A stretch of 64,000 nt of DNA, taken from the NCBI GenBank assembly GCA_905178155.1, contig CAJINV010000002.1, positions 565,493-629,492 on the forward strand, read 5' to 3'. The position numbers were made by a program, and so were the translations under genes. Shown piece by piece: positions 22,201 to 35,500 of the stretch (positions are counted from its first letter, which is position 1; every line of letters starts with the position of its first letter). The stretch is from Amoebophrya sp. A120 (taxonomy: Eukaryota > Protista > Dinoflagellata). Below the pieces are notes generated by a model. That model saw only the letters and a program-made list of their open reading frames with translations. It searched no databases and was not told where the DNA came from.

Positions 22201-25200
22201 GTAGCAAAAATCGCATCCCCTTTGCTGCTCACGCAATACAGATTTTTTTGGAATCCGAATGCAGCATCACAAGTTGCATTCTTCCAGACCCAGACATTTT
22301 TACATTTGATATTGCACCTGATCGTACAACGTTTTCTCTTTTTGCTTCAAAACTTGGAGTATCACCTGCAGGTATGTCGGAGTTTGGAAAGAACTTGTGA
22401 TGCGGGCTCGACAGTCATGAGGACGCCTCCAATCGCAGCGAAGCACGACAAGTTTTTGAGTCGCTAGGCGTTGCCCATTCTGCATGGCAAACTGCGTTTC
22501 TGCATGACAGTAACCACTCGGGGCGCTTGGATAACGTACATGACAGACTTGAGACTCATGCTGGCCGAGCATGACAAACCTGGCCTTCTGCCCGACCCAG
22601 ACATATTTGCAATTGATATGGAGAATTTTCTGGTAGGGTTCGAGCCGCAAAGCAACGTATTGTTCCGTAATTTTGTCGTACTCTTGGTTCGCGGCTTTTG
22701 TCATAGAAGTTGAGGATGTAGTACAACCACCGCCGGGTATAGATTCGTTTTTGCCCATAGTTGCAGAAGTTCCTGGATGCTGATTCCCCTGCAGCTTGAT
22801 GTAGTTTTCTTCTTCTTCTTCTTCTTCTTCTTCTCTCACCGACAGCACATTCATCTGTTTCAAGATCGGATCCACATCGTCCAGATCCTCCTCCTCGTTC
22901 ACCGTGCCAATCGACGACATGAGCACAGATGGGTTCACCGCGGTTCTTTTGTGCTTCTTATTACTAGATGTTTGTTCCCCCGGAGCAGCTGCACCTCCGG
23001 GGTTGACTGAAATAGTTGACCCTGTGGAAGTTGTTGACAACACGGAGGAATTAATGATCTTGTTTCTCGACGTAGACACGGCATTCAATCTCCCGTGTAG
23101 TTGCTGCTGTTGCTGCCCCCCGGAGGTTCCACGTGGGGCTGGGGAGTAAGTCGTGCGTTGTGGTTTATTTTTCAATTTTAAATTTTCATTTGTTTTCCCA
23201 GGAACGACACCTCCGCCACTCCCGCTGTTCAAATTCCGCCACCTCCCGCTGTTCATTTTTGCATGACAAGTTCATTTTCATCACTATCGCATGGAGTAGT
23301 AAGTACTTTCAGCTCCATTTCCTCCGACTTCAGCGTTATCACACAGAAAAAAGTTTTATTGTTTGCAGTCGCGCATGACAAGCTTGCCAATCATGCATTT
23401 GCATGCTATGATTGCAACATAAATTTGTCACGCCGAAGACACAACAACTTTTTGCCCATCTGATAAGCGCAACCGCTTCCTCATCCCTTTTTCTCCTCGC
23501 CTCTAGCTCTGCCTGCTGCGACTTCTTCAGCTCTGATATCGCGGCCAACTGCTGCTCCAAATCGCCCCGTAAACTGCTCACCTCGTAATTCAACGAAGCA
23601 ATTTCGGCGTCCTTCGCTCCCAACTGGAGCAGTCTCTCTTCCAAATATTTTTGTAGCGACCCCTTTTCGTCCTTCAAATCGTGCAAAGATTGCATCAGCT
23701 CGGACACCTGGGACTGCATTTTCTCGCTCTGTTTCATGGTGGAAGACGCGGAAATCGAGGTCGAATGGTTCTGCAGTTTCCACTGCCGGAGCTGTTGCTC
23801 GGTTTCCTCTAATTATTGCAAGGAAAAATCCTCGCTCCCCATATTGCAAACGCATCCGTCTGAAAATTTGCGATGCAGATTTGTGGCCACAGATCGCGCC
23901 GGTCTTGCAGCAAGCCAAGCGCAGGCAGTCCGCCACGTTATGCAGGCGATTTGTAATGCCGTAGGGACTACATGGCAGCCGTGTACCATGCTAGGCGCCT
24001 ACACCAAAAGGGCCCTACCTAGGCTTGCGATCTGCGTGCAGTCCTCTACTGCAAGACAAATCGGATTTGTGTACGCAAATCCAGCATCAGAGATTTCCTT
24101 TTCGATATGGGGAGGGGGGATTTTTCCTTCTGATACTAATTCCGCCGTTTTTAAAGCCAGTTGCGTCCGGGTGTTCACCTTCTCCGCGTTGGACTGCGCT
24201 AAATCCGCGGTGATGCGCTCCACGAGTTGCTCCAGCTCCTGGACGCGGGCGTCCGTTATCGTATTTAAAAACGCCCTCACCGCGCAGTTGTAATGCAAAT
24301 CTGCATACTGAAAACGTTTCTTATGCGGAGCCCCATGGGAGCAAGCATTTTCTAGCCGTGTTTTGGAATTTGTCATTCTCCAATCAGCATGATATACTAA
24401 GTTCGTGATGCTGCTGAACAACCTCAAATAACAGCACACTACGAGTCCAAATTTGTCATGCCAAACAGGCAAAACTTGTGGATTTGTCTAGCCGATTCCC
24501 CATCTTGACTCTGGGGTGGGGACGTTTTTACATAGGATATCCGTGTTCAGAGACCCGTCGTCGAAGGGGGATTTCAGGGCGGCCTGATAGATCGTGGTGT
24601 TCTTGGGCAACTTCAACTTCTACAACAAAGATATTATCAATCACATCTTGTTCTCAATCATAATTCCAGTATCATTTTCGTGCACGACCTTGACATTACC
24701 AACACGATGGCTGCCTCTTCTAGGAGCAGAGAAACACGGTTTAAAAATACGTCCAGCCGCAGCTGCACGACAGTGAACTGGCTTTTCACGCTGGACAGCT
24801 CCTCCTGGGTGGTCTTCAGTTCGTCTTCTTTCTGCTTCTTTTGGTTTCGCATCTCCCCCATTTCCACTTTGAGCTCCGCCAGTTCGTTGTTGCAGGACAC
24901 AAATTGTGCGTGCTTTTCCATTATGCGCTGAAAATATGTTCGGGTCGGGAAAGAACCTGTGATGCTGTGACTTGCGTATGATTGAAGCCCTTGCAATGGC
25001 AGCCAAGCATGACAAGTTTTTGGGACCACGCCTGCTGATGCCTAGCACGCATTACAAATTGCCTTTTTGCATGACAAAGGAAGCTCCTCTTTTACTACAC
25101 CTGCAATACAGAAGATTTTCCAGGAATGCAAGACACGCATTACAAGTTCCACTTTATTTCAAGACCCAGACGTATTTGCATTTGATATCCATCACCGAGT

Positions 25201-27376
25201 TTTCGATTGTCGAATGCTCCTTGGTCAACTGGGTTAACTTTTCGATTTTGTTCTCGTACTCGTATGCATCCGCAGAAGTATCTGTATCGCACTGGTACTG
25301 TGATTGCAGATATTTGCATGTCAAATCTCTTTTTTGAAGGTAAACGTAAATCTACATGACAAATTTCATTTTTCATGAAGAGGAAATTATCTGCCATGCG
25401 ATTTCTACTAGTACGATACTTCAACTTTTGCAATGCATAACTCAGCCTCCTTCTCGATCTGCATCTGGTACCGGGTCTGCAGGGCCGCCAGATCGTGTTT
25501 CAAGTTGTTGTGGGCTTGCTTCTATGCATGGCAGAAGTAAGAACGCACTCGTGTTTTGTGATAGCTGCCGACCTTGCATGACAAATCTGGTTTCTATAGG
25601 TAACTCAGCATGACAAATTCCATTTGTCATGTTTAGGAAATTTGTAATGCGATTCATACTATACTTCTGCAATGCATAGCTTCAAATTATCAAACGCTGC
25701 AGTCGAGGTGCTGGCGTTCGCTTCGTTCATTTGCTCCGCCTTGCGCAGTATGCAATGCAAAAGTATCGCACTCGTACTTCTGATTGCAGTTATGCATTAC
25801 AAATCCAGATCTTAAGGTAAATCCGCATTACAACTTCCATTTCTAATGCTGAGAAAATTTGTATTGCAATCACTACTAGCACGTACGATAATTTTGCAGT
25901 TCATACGCAGCCGGTCGCGCAGCTGCCGGATTTCCACCTTGATTAATTTTCTAGAAGCATGGTCATCATGCAGTGAAGAAGAAAGACGCAACGCGTCGTC
26001 CTCCATTGTGTCGAGTCATCGACAGTACACATTCTTTCTGCAAATTTTAGGTCCATTGTCTCTGCATGCGGTAATTGTACAAAATCTTACCTCGGCTTCC
26101 TCATTGTTCTGCGTTTTTGCGAGTCCCAGAGTTTATCGTAGGAAAGAGGAAAACCACGTGTCCCTTGACGACGTCTATTAGAATTACCTACTGCTAATTC
26201 GCCAAAGAAGTGATGTTCATCGTCCTACATTCATACGACAGAGCAGTAGAACGGCTTTTTTTTCACCCTGTGCAAGAGCTCTGGTTTCATGCACAAGCTA
26301 TGCTCAGCATGGATGCGGGTAGAAGTATGTTCACCTTCTTCCTTCTACTACAAAGTGTAATGGCTGCAAATGTGAAGAAATCCTTGGTCGTATCAACTAA
26401 GGCTAAGGATTTTTACGTCGTCGAGGTGGCGATTTCTTTTTCCTCACCATAGACTTTTTTGCTGCTCCAATTGGTCCTGCAAAGCCCGTATGCATTGCAA
26501 AAATGTCTGGGTCTGGAAGGATGCAAGGTTTGTCATGCACAGGTCCATGACACCTGACGTCTGTGATGCATGCCCTAGCATCACAGATTTTGTGAGGGTT
26601 TCCTGATGCCTATATCGCTTGAGAAATGCCTTCTCGCCGTGGCAAAAACTGGACCTCATTTGCTGTTCATGCAATACAGATTTTTGTAGTATCCAAATGC
26701 AGCATCACAAGTTGCAACCTTCCAGATGAACCAGACATATTTGCATTTGATATCCCGCTTTTCTCGATTGAACCTCTCCTCGAGGGCGGCGGTTTGCCTG
26801 ATGGAGGTATCGTTCAAATTTGGTAAGATGCATTTTCTGCATGACAACCATATGCCCACTTGCAATATCCGCATGACAAATCACTATTTACGTATATATT
26901 CCTGTACCTTCTCGCGTTCTCCTCGAACTTTGCCACGTCTTTCTGTCTATCAAGTGCAAATATGTCTAAACCGCAAGATTTGTCATGCATCTCGTGCACC
27001 ACGCACATCGTCTGGAATGCACACAAAAGCATCACAAATTTTGTGACACCTTTCTCATGCCTATCCCGCATGAGAAATCCGCATTTTACCTAGCAAGAAG
27101 CGGGCAGCTTTTGGCGTTCGTGCAACACAGCTTTTTTGTGGTCGAGACTTAGCATGACAAGTTGCAGTCTTCCAGACGACCCAGACATGTTTGCATTTGA
27201 TACTGTCGGTTCCCCTCGGAATCCTCATACCGCTGCTTTAGCAAGTGGAAGGACTCCACTGATTTGAGCAAGTCCTGTAGCAAGTGGTCCACTATGGGTG
27301 CGGCCTCGTGCGGGAAGTGTTCTGTGTAATGCAGCTCGGCTAGCCGCCGTTTCAGCACGGCGTAGACGTCCGACAT
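16218..27376 (-). CDS. CEP135: Centriolar cartwheel protein CEP135/Bld10 ortholog, >20 exons
   Basis: The N-terminus YAVLKRRLAELHYTEHFPHEAAPIVDHLLQDLLKSVESF fits the CEP135/Bld10 N-terminal motif, and DLSVMTRENATLNEEL fits the conserved C-terminal motif. Coiled-coil exons join in frame after introner removal, ending EELKKRTAPK*. Confidence 0.85.
16252..16575. mobile_element. Family C introner (~300-335 bp; TIR AAGGAAAAATCCCCCCTCCCCATAT); other copies 20197-20494, 23814-24135, 40225-40547, 42816-43152
   Basis: TAT...ATA ends; TSDs CCTCA, CCTGC, CTAAT, GCGGG, ATCCG. Confidence 0.92.
16621..16845. mobile_element. Family G introner (TIR GAAAAAAGTGTAAC); other copy 21771-21988
   Basis: TAT...ATA ends; TSDs TTCGC and TGCAA. 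Confidence 0.85.
17866..18106. mobile_element. Family E introner (TIR TATGGCGTTCTCAACTGTTACA); other copies 45479-46375, 49245-49480, 50185-50432
   Basis: Tandem TTCTCAAC units within the TIR; TSDs YGCGG, TCRAC, CGTCA. Confidence 0.85.
18166..18379. mobile_element. Family F introner (TIR TATCAGAGTGCACAACT); other copies 38544-38763, 47583-47823
   Basis: TAT...ATA ends, ~17-bp TIR, slightly decayed 5-bp TSDs. Confidence 0.85.
18873..19151. mobile_element. Family D introner (~280 bp; TIR GTAAAAACGTCCCCA); other copies 24257-24539, 31527-31806, 39275-40194, 41165-41468
   Basis: TAT...ATA ends; TSDs AATTC, TCCGT, CTTCT, TCGAT. Confidence 0.9.
22170..23254. repeat. Templated duplicate of the 10096-11495 locus (with ~460-bp internal deletion) inside a GT-AG intron of CEP135, flanked by 43-bp direct repeats
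   Basis: 22295-22738 matches 10096-10539 and 22739-23237 matches ~10997-11495. Direct repeats at 22127-22169 and 23255-23297. Confidence 0.9.
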
Positions 27377-28300
27377 GATTTTGGTTCTTTATGTCGGGGC
27401 ACCGCAGGACGACCTCCACGAAGATCTTCGCGATCGAGCGGGAGGGCACCACCGCTCCTGCAGCGGTGGGCGGCGCTACTTAGTACCGCGGGTCGAGGAA
27501 CTTGTGTCCTATCGCAGGACCGGGAAGCCGCGGCGCTAAATCGCAAAGGCTAGCTATGATACAGCACGACCCTTGCGTCGTCGCAAAGCAACATCTTGCT
27601 TGCTTTTTTTCGTTTATTTCACGGCATAGTGCGGTTGCAACACGACTTTCTACACCTACTCGCTCCGCCTATTTCATCATTCATGGTGAGAGGTACTGCA
27701 GATAGGTACATCTAACTAGTAAACCTAAATAACTAGAGCAGACACAGAGAAAAGAGACGAAAACTCGAAGCATGCACTTGAAGAAGAACAGCTCGAGCTC
27801 TGAGTGGAAAAATATTTTCAACCAGCATGACCTAGTACACACGACGACGTCACGTCGGTCACCACGACCACCTCACATGCTATACAGTATGTACGCGCTC
27901 AACAGCAGTAGTCACCGCGCCAACTCAAACAAACTAGGTACTGCAGATTATACCTGGAAACACAACGAAAACACGAACAACAGAGCCAGCGGGCCTGTAC
28001 CTTCTGTCTTGGTTGCTGGGTGATCATTCTTATTGCCAGCATGTCCCGAAGATTTTTTCATTTTTTCTGATAAAACAAAGTGGTGTACAAAATAAATTCA
28101 AGCTCGTTCTTCAGTTTTGCAGTGTCTTTCAGTGTACTTTTAGCTCAACATCTCGGCATCCCACCTTCAACTAGGCACGATGCTTTGCAGCTCTGGCACT
28201 AGAACTTTACGTAGCCGCTTTACGGCTCTTTCATCTTCTTGCGCTTCCGTCTCTTACTTTCTCCAAAGTCGCGCATCATTTTTCACTGCAGCTGCGCTCC

Positions 28301-29330
28301 GTCATCATTTTTAGACCAATGATGAGGAAAAATCTCTCAGGAATGGGAAGGGATGGCTGCACCTCCAATGTGACCGTCACATCGACGCCGCCCATAGAGT
28401 CGCCCAGCAGGGGTTCCGGAGGCTGCTTTACCTGCAGATTGTATGGAGTTGTTCACGCATGACAAGGCCGGCAGTAATTGTGACGCGCCGACGGAATGAT
28501 AAATCAATTGAGCATAATTGCATGATTTCTTTCACCAGCAAATCGCGCAATTTCTATACAAGAAAGAAGTACCTCAGGAGCTGCACAAAAATCGTTTCCG
28601 CAAGGGGGCGTCACGGATGAATCTGGCATTTCCACATCCGACGACGCGACGACACCGACAGAGTTTGCGTCGGCACTAGAGGAGCTTGAGGGCGCTGGCA
28701 GAATTCTGACACTGCTGGAGGTGACCTTGTGTGCCTCGAGAATCAAGAGCTCGTGTTGTGAGCATGACGACACGAAGTTTCATTGATGATGACATTAGTG
28801 TTATTTTTGCATGACAGATCTCCAAAACCAAATTGTGCATATCATGATCAGATCCCAAAACTATAGTACCTCGCCGTCATGATTGCACTGCTGCTTAACA
28901 TACGCGAGGGAAATCCTAGAAAAAACCGGCGTGTAGTGTAAATATCAACGTACTGCATTCATACGCAAGAAAATGAAAACAAAAATTCTTCCGCATAACA
29001 ACGGATTCTGCTTTGCATTCCACGACTACGACAGTAGCTTGTTACTCTAAACACAGGTTTTTTCGCCTTGCATATCGGTGCCGGACTCAAGAGTAGCGTC
29101 TGGCATGGACACATCTGGAGCGAGATCATTCGTGCGGCGGTCGACTGGGAGTGTATACATATGAAAAACCGAACCCCTCCTCCTCCCTACGTTCCGGAAA
29201 GGGAGGGAAACACAAACACATTATCAAAATGTTGAAAATTTTATTTAGAATAGGTTGCTACCATCAAAGTGTTAAACGACCTATCATACACTGGGAAAAA
29301 CACAAACGCCCTGCTATATCATCTGTTTTT
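28301..29330. other. ~1030-bp segment containing a spliced gene fragment, flanked by 43-bp direct repeats
   Basis: Identical 43-mer at 28258-28300 and 29331-29373. Inside, minus-strand exon-like pieces (...DFCAAPE / VKQPPEPLLG...) are separated by an apparent GT-AG intron. Confidence 0.65.
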
Positions 29331-32300
29331 TTTCTCCAAAGTCGCGCATCATTTTTCACTGCAGCTGCGCTCCTAATTTCATCTCGTTGCCGGTGTCGTG
29401 TCTACTGCTTCAAGATGAACTGTAACTGACTGACTGCTGGTGGTGTACAGAAACTGAATTACAAAAAGGTGTACAGTGTATTGCGAAATCAATTCTTTTA
29501 ATTTCAAAAGTGTAGTGTACAAAGAGAAACATTACATCGTGAAACAGAAACGGTACAATTGAAAAAGTTCTTTGTTTAATTTTGTCGACGAGATGAACGG
29601 GGACCAGAATCTATAATTTCGACTGCTAAAAGTTATTGTAGCATTTTTGCACGCACAGTCGACTGCATCAAGCACCGCGCTGTATCGTCCGAAGTAACTG
29701 CGGTGCGCAATTATTTTTTATTTTTGCGACGTAAAAAATTTTAGAGTCGGAAATTCAACGGTCCCCTCGTCGGGTGGCTGAAATCGTGGATAAACATAAA
29801 ATTCAAACAAGCACAGAGACTTCGTCAATATCAATCGCTCTTGTAAAACCGACGAGAAGTTACAAAAGGTGGAGTTTGTGAAGATCGCAACAGCAAGATT
29901 AAAGTCGATAGAAGCAGGCTGCAGCAACACCTCCCCCAGGTAGTACAGGGACTGCAGAAATAAAGGCACAATTGGAAGAGGTAAAAGTAATGGCCCCGTT
30001 CAGTATTTTTATCACTTTTACGCTTGAAAACAACGACCGATGGCACTGTAGTGGTTCTACTTCTAACTGAGACGGTCAACTTTTCACTTGCCTCTAGCTT
30101 TCAATAGCTTTGGCTTTGCTGCTAGCTTCTACCTAGTGCTTACGGTCGAGTTTTGTCCTTTTATTTGTCTCATCTGTTCTTCTATGTATATGCTGCGTCC
30201 ACCTTTTTTTTTCTAATTGGAAGCCCTTGCCCTTCGCCTTCAATAGCAATAGCTTTTTTCGTATAGCTATAGGATGTGTTCGTGTACTTACTCAAGCGAT
30301 CTACATTGAAAGAAGCCGGCTACATGTGCCCGTACAAACTTTTTTCTGTGTTCTTGAAATTGAAATTGTAATTGTTGGAAATAAAGCTAGCATAGCTTTT
30401 CAAACATTCATTGATTGATGTTCTTCTTGTGTGTGGTGCTTTTTTCAATTATACAATGCTGCTGTAGCAGTAGCACCACTACACTTCGATGTGCTTTAAA
30501 TATCAGAAGTACGACTATACTTTTCTGTATTGCACCCTGCTCGGAGGTGTCGGTCTGTATTCTTTCAGGATTTATTTTTTCTTCCCCTTAGCTTACTGAA
30601 TCGGTACAACTGGTTCTTCAGATTTTCAGTGCTCGTGCGCTTTTCCTCGTAGTTGCAGTTGGGTATGAAATTATTTCTTCTGATTCAGATAAACCCTCAT
30701 GTAGCAACATAAGTTTGGTTCTTGCATAATTACTAGAATAGTGTACGTGGTGGTAGGTCAACATGGGCGGGTACCTACGACCTTTTGCTCTGCTGTTGGT
30801 ACACGGGAACGTCCGTAATGGTAAAAATTGAGAATAAAGTTAAAATTGAAACAGATACAGCAAACCCCCGCCGAACAAGCTCAATGGGTTGATTCTGAAT
30901 AAAAGTTAAAATTGAAAGAGATAGCTGTCGTGGTGCTGTTGTTAAAATTGTTTAAAGTATACTGTGATGGAAATTGTCATCTTTTCAGAAAATTATTGTG
31001 AAGAAAATTAATTTGAGCGGGAAAAAGGACACACTATAATTTGCTGCCCTGGCTGCGTTCAGCGTCTATTCTAGTACGAGGACGGGGGGGCATTTGTACA
31101 GGGTTTTTGCTACAGAATCAGGCAGAGGACGTCGAGCATTGTATTTTGTTTTGGATTTTGGGTTTGGCACGGCACGACAAGCAAGAAAACTACACGCAAC
31201 GAGCCCCAGGGGACGTCGAAGGTGATGCAGTTGCAGTTATGAAATGCCAAAGTGTCTGGGTCTGGGGAATACAAACTTGTGATGCGCATTTCAGAGCAGA
31301 GAAAAATATCTCATGCATGGGCAGCAAAAGTTCCCGCATTCTGTCACCAAAATGGGGGATTTGTCATGCGGATTCGGTATTGCCAACGCTTCTCGAAACC
31401 TGTGACGCTAGAGCTTCCATGCCAGACCTTCTGTGTCATGCAAACGCAGCATAACTCTTCCAGACCCAGACACTTTTGCATCTGATAGCAGTTATTTACT
31501 GCGTATTCGCGTACTGGAGTTCTTCTTATCCTGTGTAAAAACGTCCCCACACCATAGTTGTCATGCAAATCTGCATGCTTAAAATGTTTCTCATGCGGAG
31601 CCCCATGAGAAGCATTTTCTAATGGTGTTTTGAAATTTGTCATGCCCTAATCAGCATGAGAGACTAGATCTGTAATGCTGCTGAACTAGCTCAAACAGCA
31701 CTACACTACGCGTCCACATTTGTCATGCGAAACAGCCAAAGCTTGTGGATTTGTCTAGCCGATTCCCCATCTTGACTATGGGGTGGGTACGTTTTTACAT
31801 AGGATACTTCTATTCGGGTACTTGCTTTCTACGGGTAGCTGTACTATATTTGGGTAGAGGACTTCTATTCATCGGGTACGTAGTGCCATAATTGCATTTG
31901 TCGTGGTTGGTACATTGTTATTTTTTTCGTCGGGAATTTTTTCCGGTTGTTACAGGAATTTTGTAAAAATACGTTTTGAAGACGAGCTCATTTTCCGGAC
32001 CACTTCGTAGAAAAAGCTTTATGCTAAATTCGAAACAAGCCATAAGTAATACTCGCGCTTTCTGTATTCTTGAATCGATTATACTGAAACAGAAACGCTG
32101 AAACAAAATTTGGCATCATGCCATACCCTGCGATCATACGCATAGCACATCAGCCGGGAGTTCTTCCTTCTTTACTTAACATTGGGTAAACGTCTGTGTA
32201 AAATTTCGATAAAACAGTATAAAATTTTTGCAGCACAAAGGGATCCTCTGCTCCCTGTTGTGATTTTGATTTGTGATAAAACAGTATAAAATTTGTGAGA

Positions 32301-32586
32301 TTTTTTGAACCGATTGTTCTCCGCGACTGCTGTCGGTACTAGTTCTGTCGGTGTATAAGTTGTTAAAACAGGATAAAATTTTTGGAAATCGCATAGAGTA
32401 CTGAGTTCGTCTTGAATTTTTTTGTTGGTCCTGATTCCATATTTGTGTAAACTGTGTAAAATCAAAAGGGTTTGAAATATATTAAGGCCGTGCAATACAA
32501 ATTTTTTGTGAAGTAAAGTTCCATCTTCTTGTGCAGGCAAGAACAGCCTGCAATACAACTTCCAGGTCGTGCTTTTCGCACTTACT

Positions 32587-35500
32587 TCACAACTGGTAGG
32601 TCGGAAGTAAGCACTCCGCTACCCCTGCCCCAGTAGAGACCACATGAGAATCTTCATGCGGGAGGTCTACCGCCGATGCCGATGCGGCGTTCATCATCTT
32701 GGCGGAACCACGTGCGGGATTGGTGGTAGTGAAACTCCTATCAAATGCAAATATGTCTGGGTCTGGAAGATTGCGAGACTTGTGATGCAATTTTTCCAAG
32801 CTCCACAAAGTCTGTAATGCAGATCTTAGCATCACAAGTTCTGCAGCCCCTTGGCAATGCCTAAACTGCATGAGGAATATCCTCTCGTCAGTATGGCCAG
32901 AAGTAGGCATCTTTTGCGAGTCAGGCAAGACAGATTTTTCTTTTTGTGTGATCCGCAACATGCATTACAAGTTCCCATTCTTCCAGACCCAAACATATTT
33001 GCAATGCATAACTCCTGCCTCCACCAGTCGTCCCTGGCTTTTCCTCCACCTCGCCATCCTCCACTGACATATTCCGAGCTGGAGATGGACCTGGAACGAG
33101 TTTTCCATTCAAAAATCAATTCAAAACGAAAATGCTTGTCCAAGTTTTTGCACATGTAAAAGTAAGATGACATCAAACACCTGCTGACTCCATGCAGTAA
33201 GTTGTAAGCAGCATCGCAACAAACTGGTGCAGAAGTACCTGAGCCCGTATTTGTTTTCGCTTGCAGTTTCATCTCCGGGACGAGTAGCTGGTCCGGAAAG
33301 TTGCCGCACGCCGTGGTCTCCTGCTGGTGCTGCTGGTGAACAAGATCTTTCCTCCGAGGAGGATGTCCCCGGCGTGGGTGGTCAACTACCTCTCTGCGGT
33401 TTTCTATTCTCAACGGCGTCCTCGCGGCGCTCGCGGTCTGATCATCTTCCTGATTGCTCATGGTGCTCATGATCGACAATTTTTCCTGTCGCGAGTGGTC
33501 GATGCTGCCATGATGTCGTCGTGCAGAAGTAATCGGGCTGCAAGACGGGGAGGTAGGCGAAGAAGGTCGTCGTCGTGAACTGGAACTACTAGAGGTCAGT
33601 TTCTCATCCGCCGGCTTCTGTCCTTGTAGTCCAGTCGGGGCTCCTTGTTCCTCACCTACCAAATATAGCCGCCGGGGCGGGGGTAGTGAGGTCGTGGGCG
33701 TTTTTCTGCCGGCCGCAGCCTTGGCCGCGGCTTTGCTTTTTATGGGCTCGCCATACCGCCGCTATGCCACACGGTATGGCGTCCACTTGGGAAACGTCGC
33801 AAATTTTGGCAAATTTCCAAAATTCCTTTCCGAAAGCCAGCCCCGACGCTATGGGGCCGATCCGGGTGCCACGGGGGGCGCCCAAAAAGCGAAGAAAAAC
33901 CGGGCCCATAGCATGCGGATTGGCCTTGCGCGTCTGGTACGCTTTTTATTTTTCGCGTTTTTACTTTTCACGCCGGCGCTTTTTGCAAAGCTCCCCAGGC
34001 TCTAAAACCGGCGAAAAGGCGGCCGCTTTCGCGGCCGCCCAAAATGCTCCGAAATCGCGGCCGTTCCCGGCTGTTTCGCTGTTCTGATTTTCGGCGCGCT
34101 TTTTGCGCGCCCCTTTTTGGGCGCCCCAAATCGCCAGAAACCAAGGGGGTGGGCGCCTCAGAAAGGCGCCCCTTTTGCCGGCTCCCCTGCGTCGTTTTAT
34201 CAAGTGCGAGTCGATAGTTTTCGACCGGGCTTGTTTGACGGCAAAGCCCCGGCCGCTTGATAATTGCAAATTTTTTATGTCCAAAAACGCTTCCGCCCGC
34301 TTGGAAACTGCCGGTCGTTTTGCTGGCTGGGTGTCAAAAAAACTCCCCGGTTAGAACCGTTCGGTGACCTCACTACATACAAAGTAGCCCCGCGCTTCTA
34401 CTCGTCCCTCGAAAACATCGTGCTCCTGCTGCTGCTGCTGGTGAACAAGATGTTCCCTCCCAGGAGGTCCTCGTCCCCGACAACGTGGGTGGTCAACTAC
34501 CTCTTCGGTCCTCGCGGCGCTCGCGGTCCGATCATTTTCCCGATTGCTCAACATGGTGCTCGTGATCGACAATTTTTCCTGCCGCAAGTCGATACTAGCA
34601 TGATATCCTCGTGCCGTGGTGATCGGGCTGCCAGACAGGGTAGGCGAAGAAGGTCGTCGTGAACTGGAAGTACTAGAGTTCAGTTTTTCATCCGCCGGCT
34701 TCTGTCCTTGTACTTCAGTCGGAGCTTGATGTTCATCATCCACAAGCAAGCCTCGCGCTTCTACTCGTCCCTCGAAAACATCATCGTGCTCCGGCAATAC
34801 TGCAACGCCGACCTTGCTGTTTCCCCTACCGCCGCCGTCGTGTGGTCCTCGCAAAGGAGAGTCGTGTGAGGAGTCGGAATCGGAGTTGTCCTCATCTAGT
34901 ACTCTTTCCTGGTCCCTTCTCTCGCAACTCTCGTCCGTCACTGAAAATTGCTGTACTGCCGCTTTCATCTTCCTTTCCCGTCGCTGCACGAGAAACAGTG
35001 CCACACCGATCCTCGTGGTGGCCACACACCCGGCGAGCAGGAGGGAGAGCACGGGCAGGAAGAGCAATAGGTATCCCACAGAAAAAAGCTGGCAGGTCTG
35101 ATTTGTAAATGTAATGCAAAAATAAATAGACAAGACAATCTGTATTGCATATCCGAAGCAAACGCTATGGGGCCGCCCATGGCCAATTTTTCTATGTATT
35201 TATTTTTGCATTACAAATACCAGCCATGCCCCGGCTGACGCCGGGGCGCAAGGCTGTTGGGGCGGGGCAGGACTATTTGCGAATCGGGCCACAATGCCAC
35301 GGGCCCAATATAATGCACGACGAAACACACTGGGTGCCGGGTCCGGCCGCCTGTTTGCGCCGCGCCAACCCGCAGGACCGCTTGCGCGCTTCCCGCGCCT
35401 GCGGGCGCTCTGCGCAGGGGGCAGCTGCAAAGAACACCGGGGGCGAACAGAAGCCGCCCGACGCGAGAGGGTGGCGCGAGAGGGTGCGCGAGAGGGTGCG

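Noticed and set aside
22300-23256. 318-aa ORF as an independent gene
   Set aside because: It is a chimeric duplicate of 10096-11495 that reads through introner sequence and lies inside a CEP135 intron.
32205-32385. Three copies of AAAACAG(T/G)ATAAAATTT in AT-rich DNA; similar short repeats at ~30825-30950
   Set aside because: Spacing is irregular and there are no termini or TSD, so no function can be supported.
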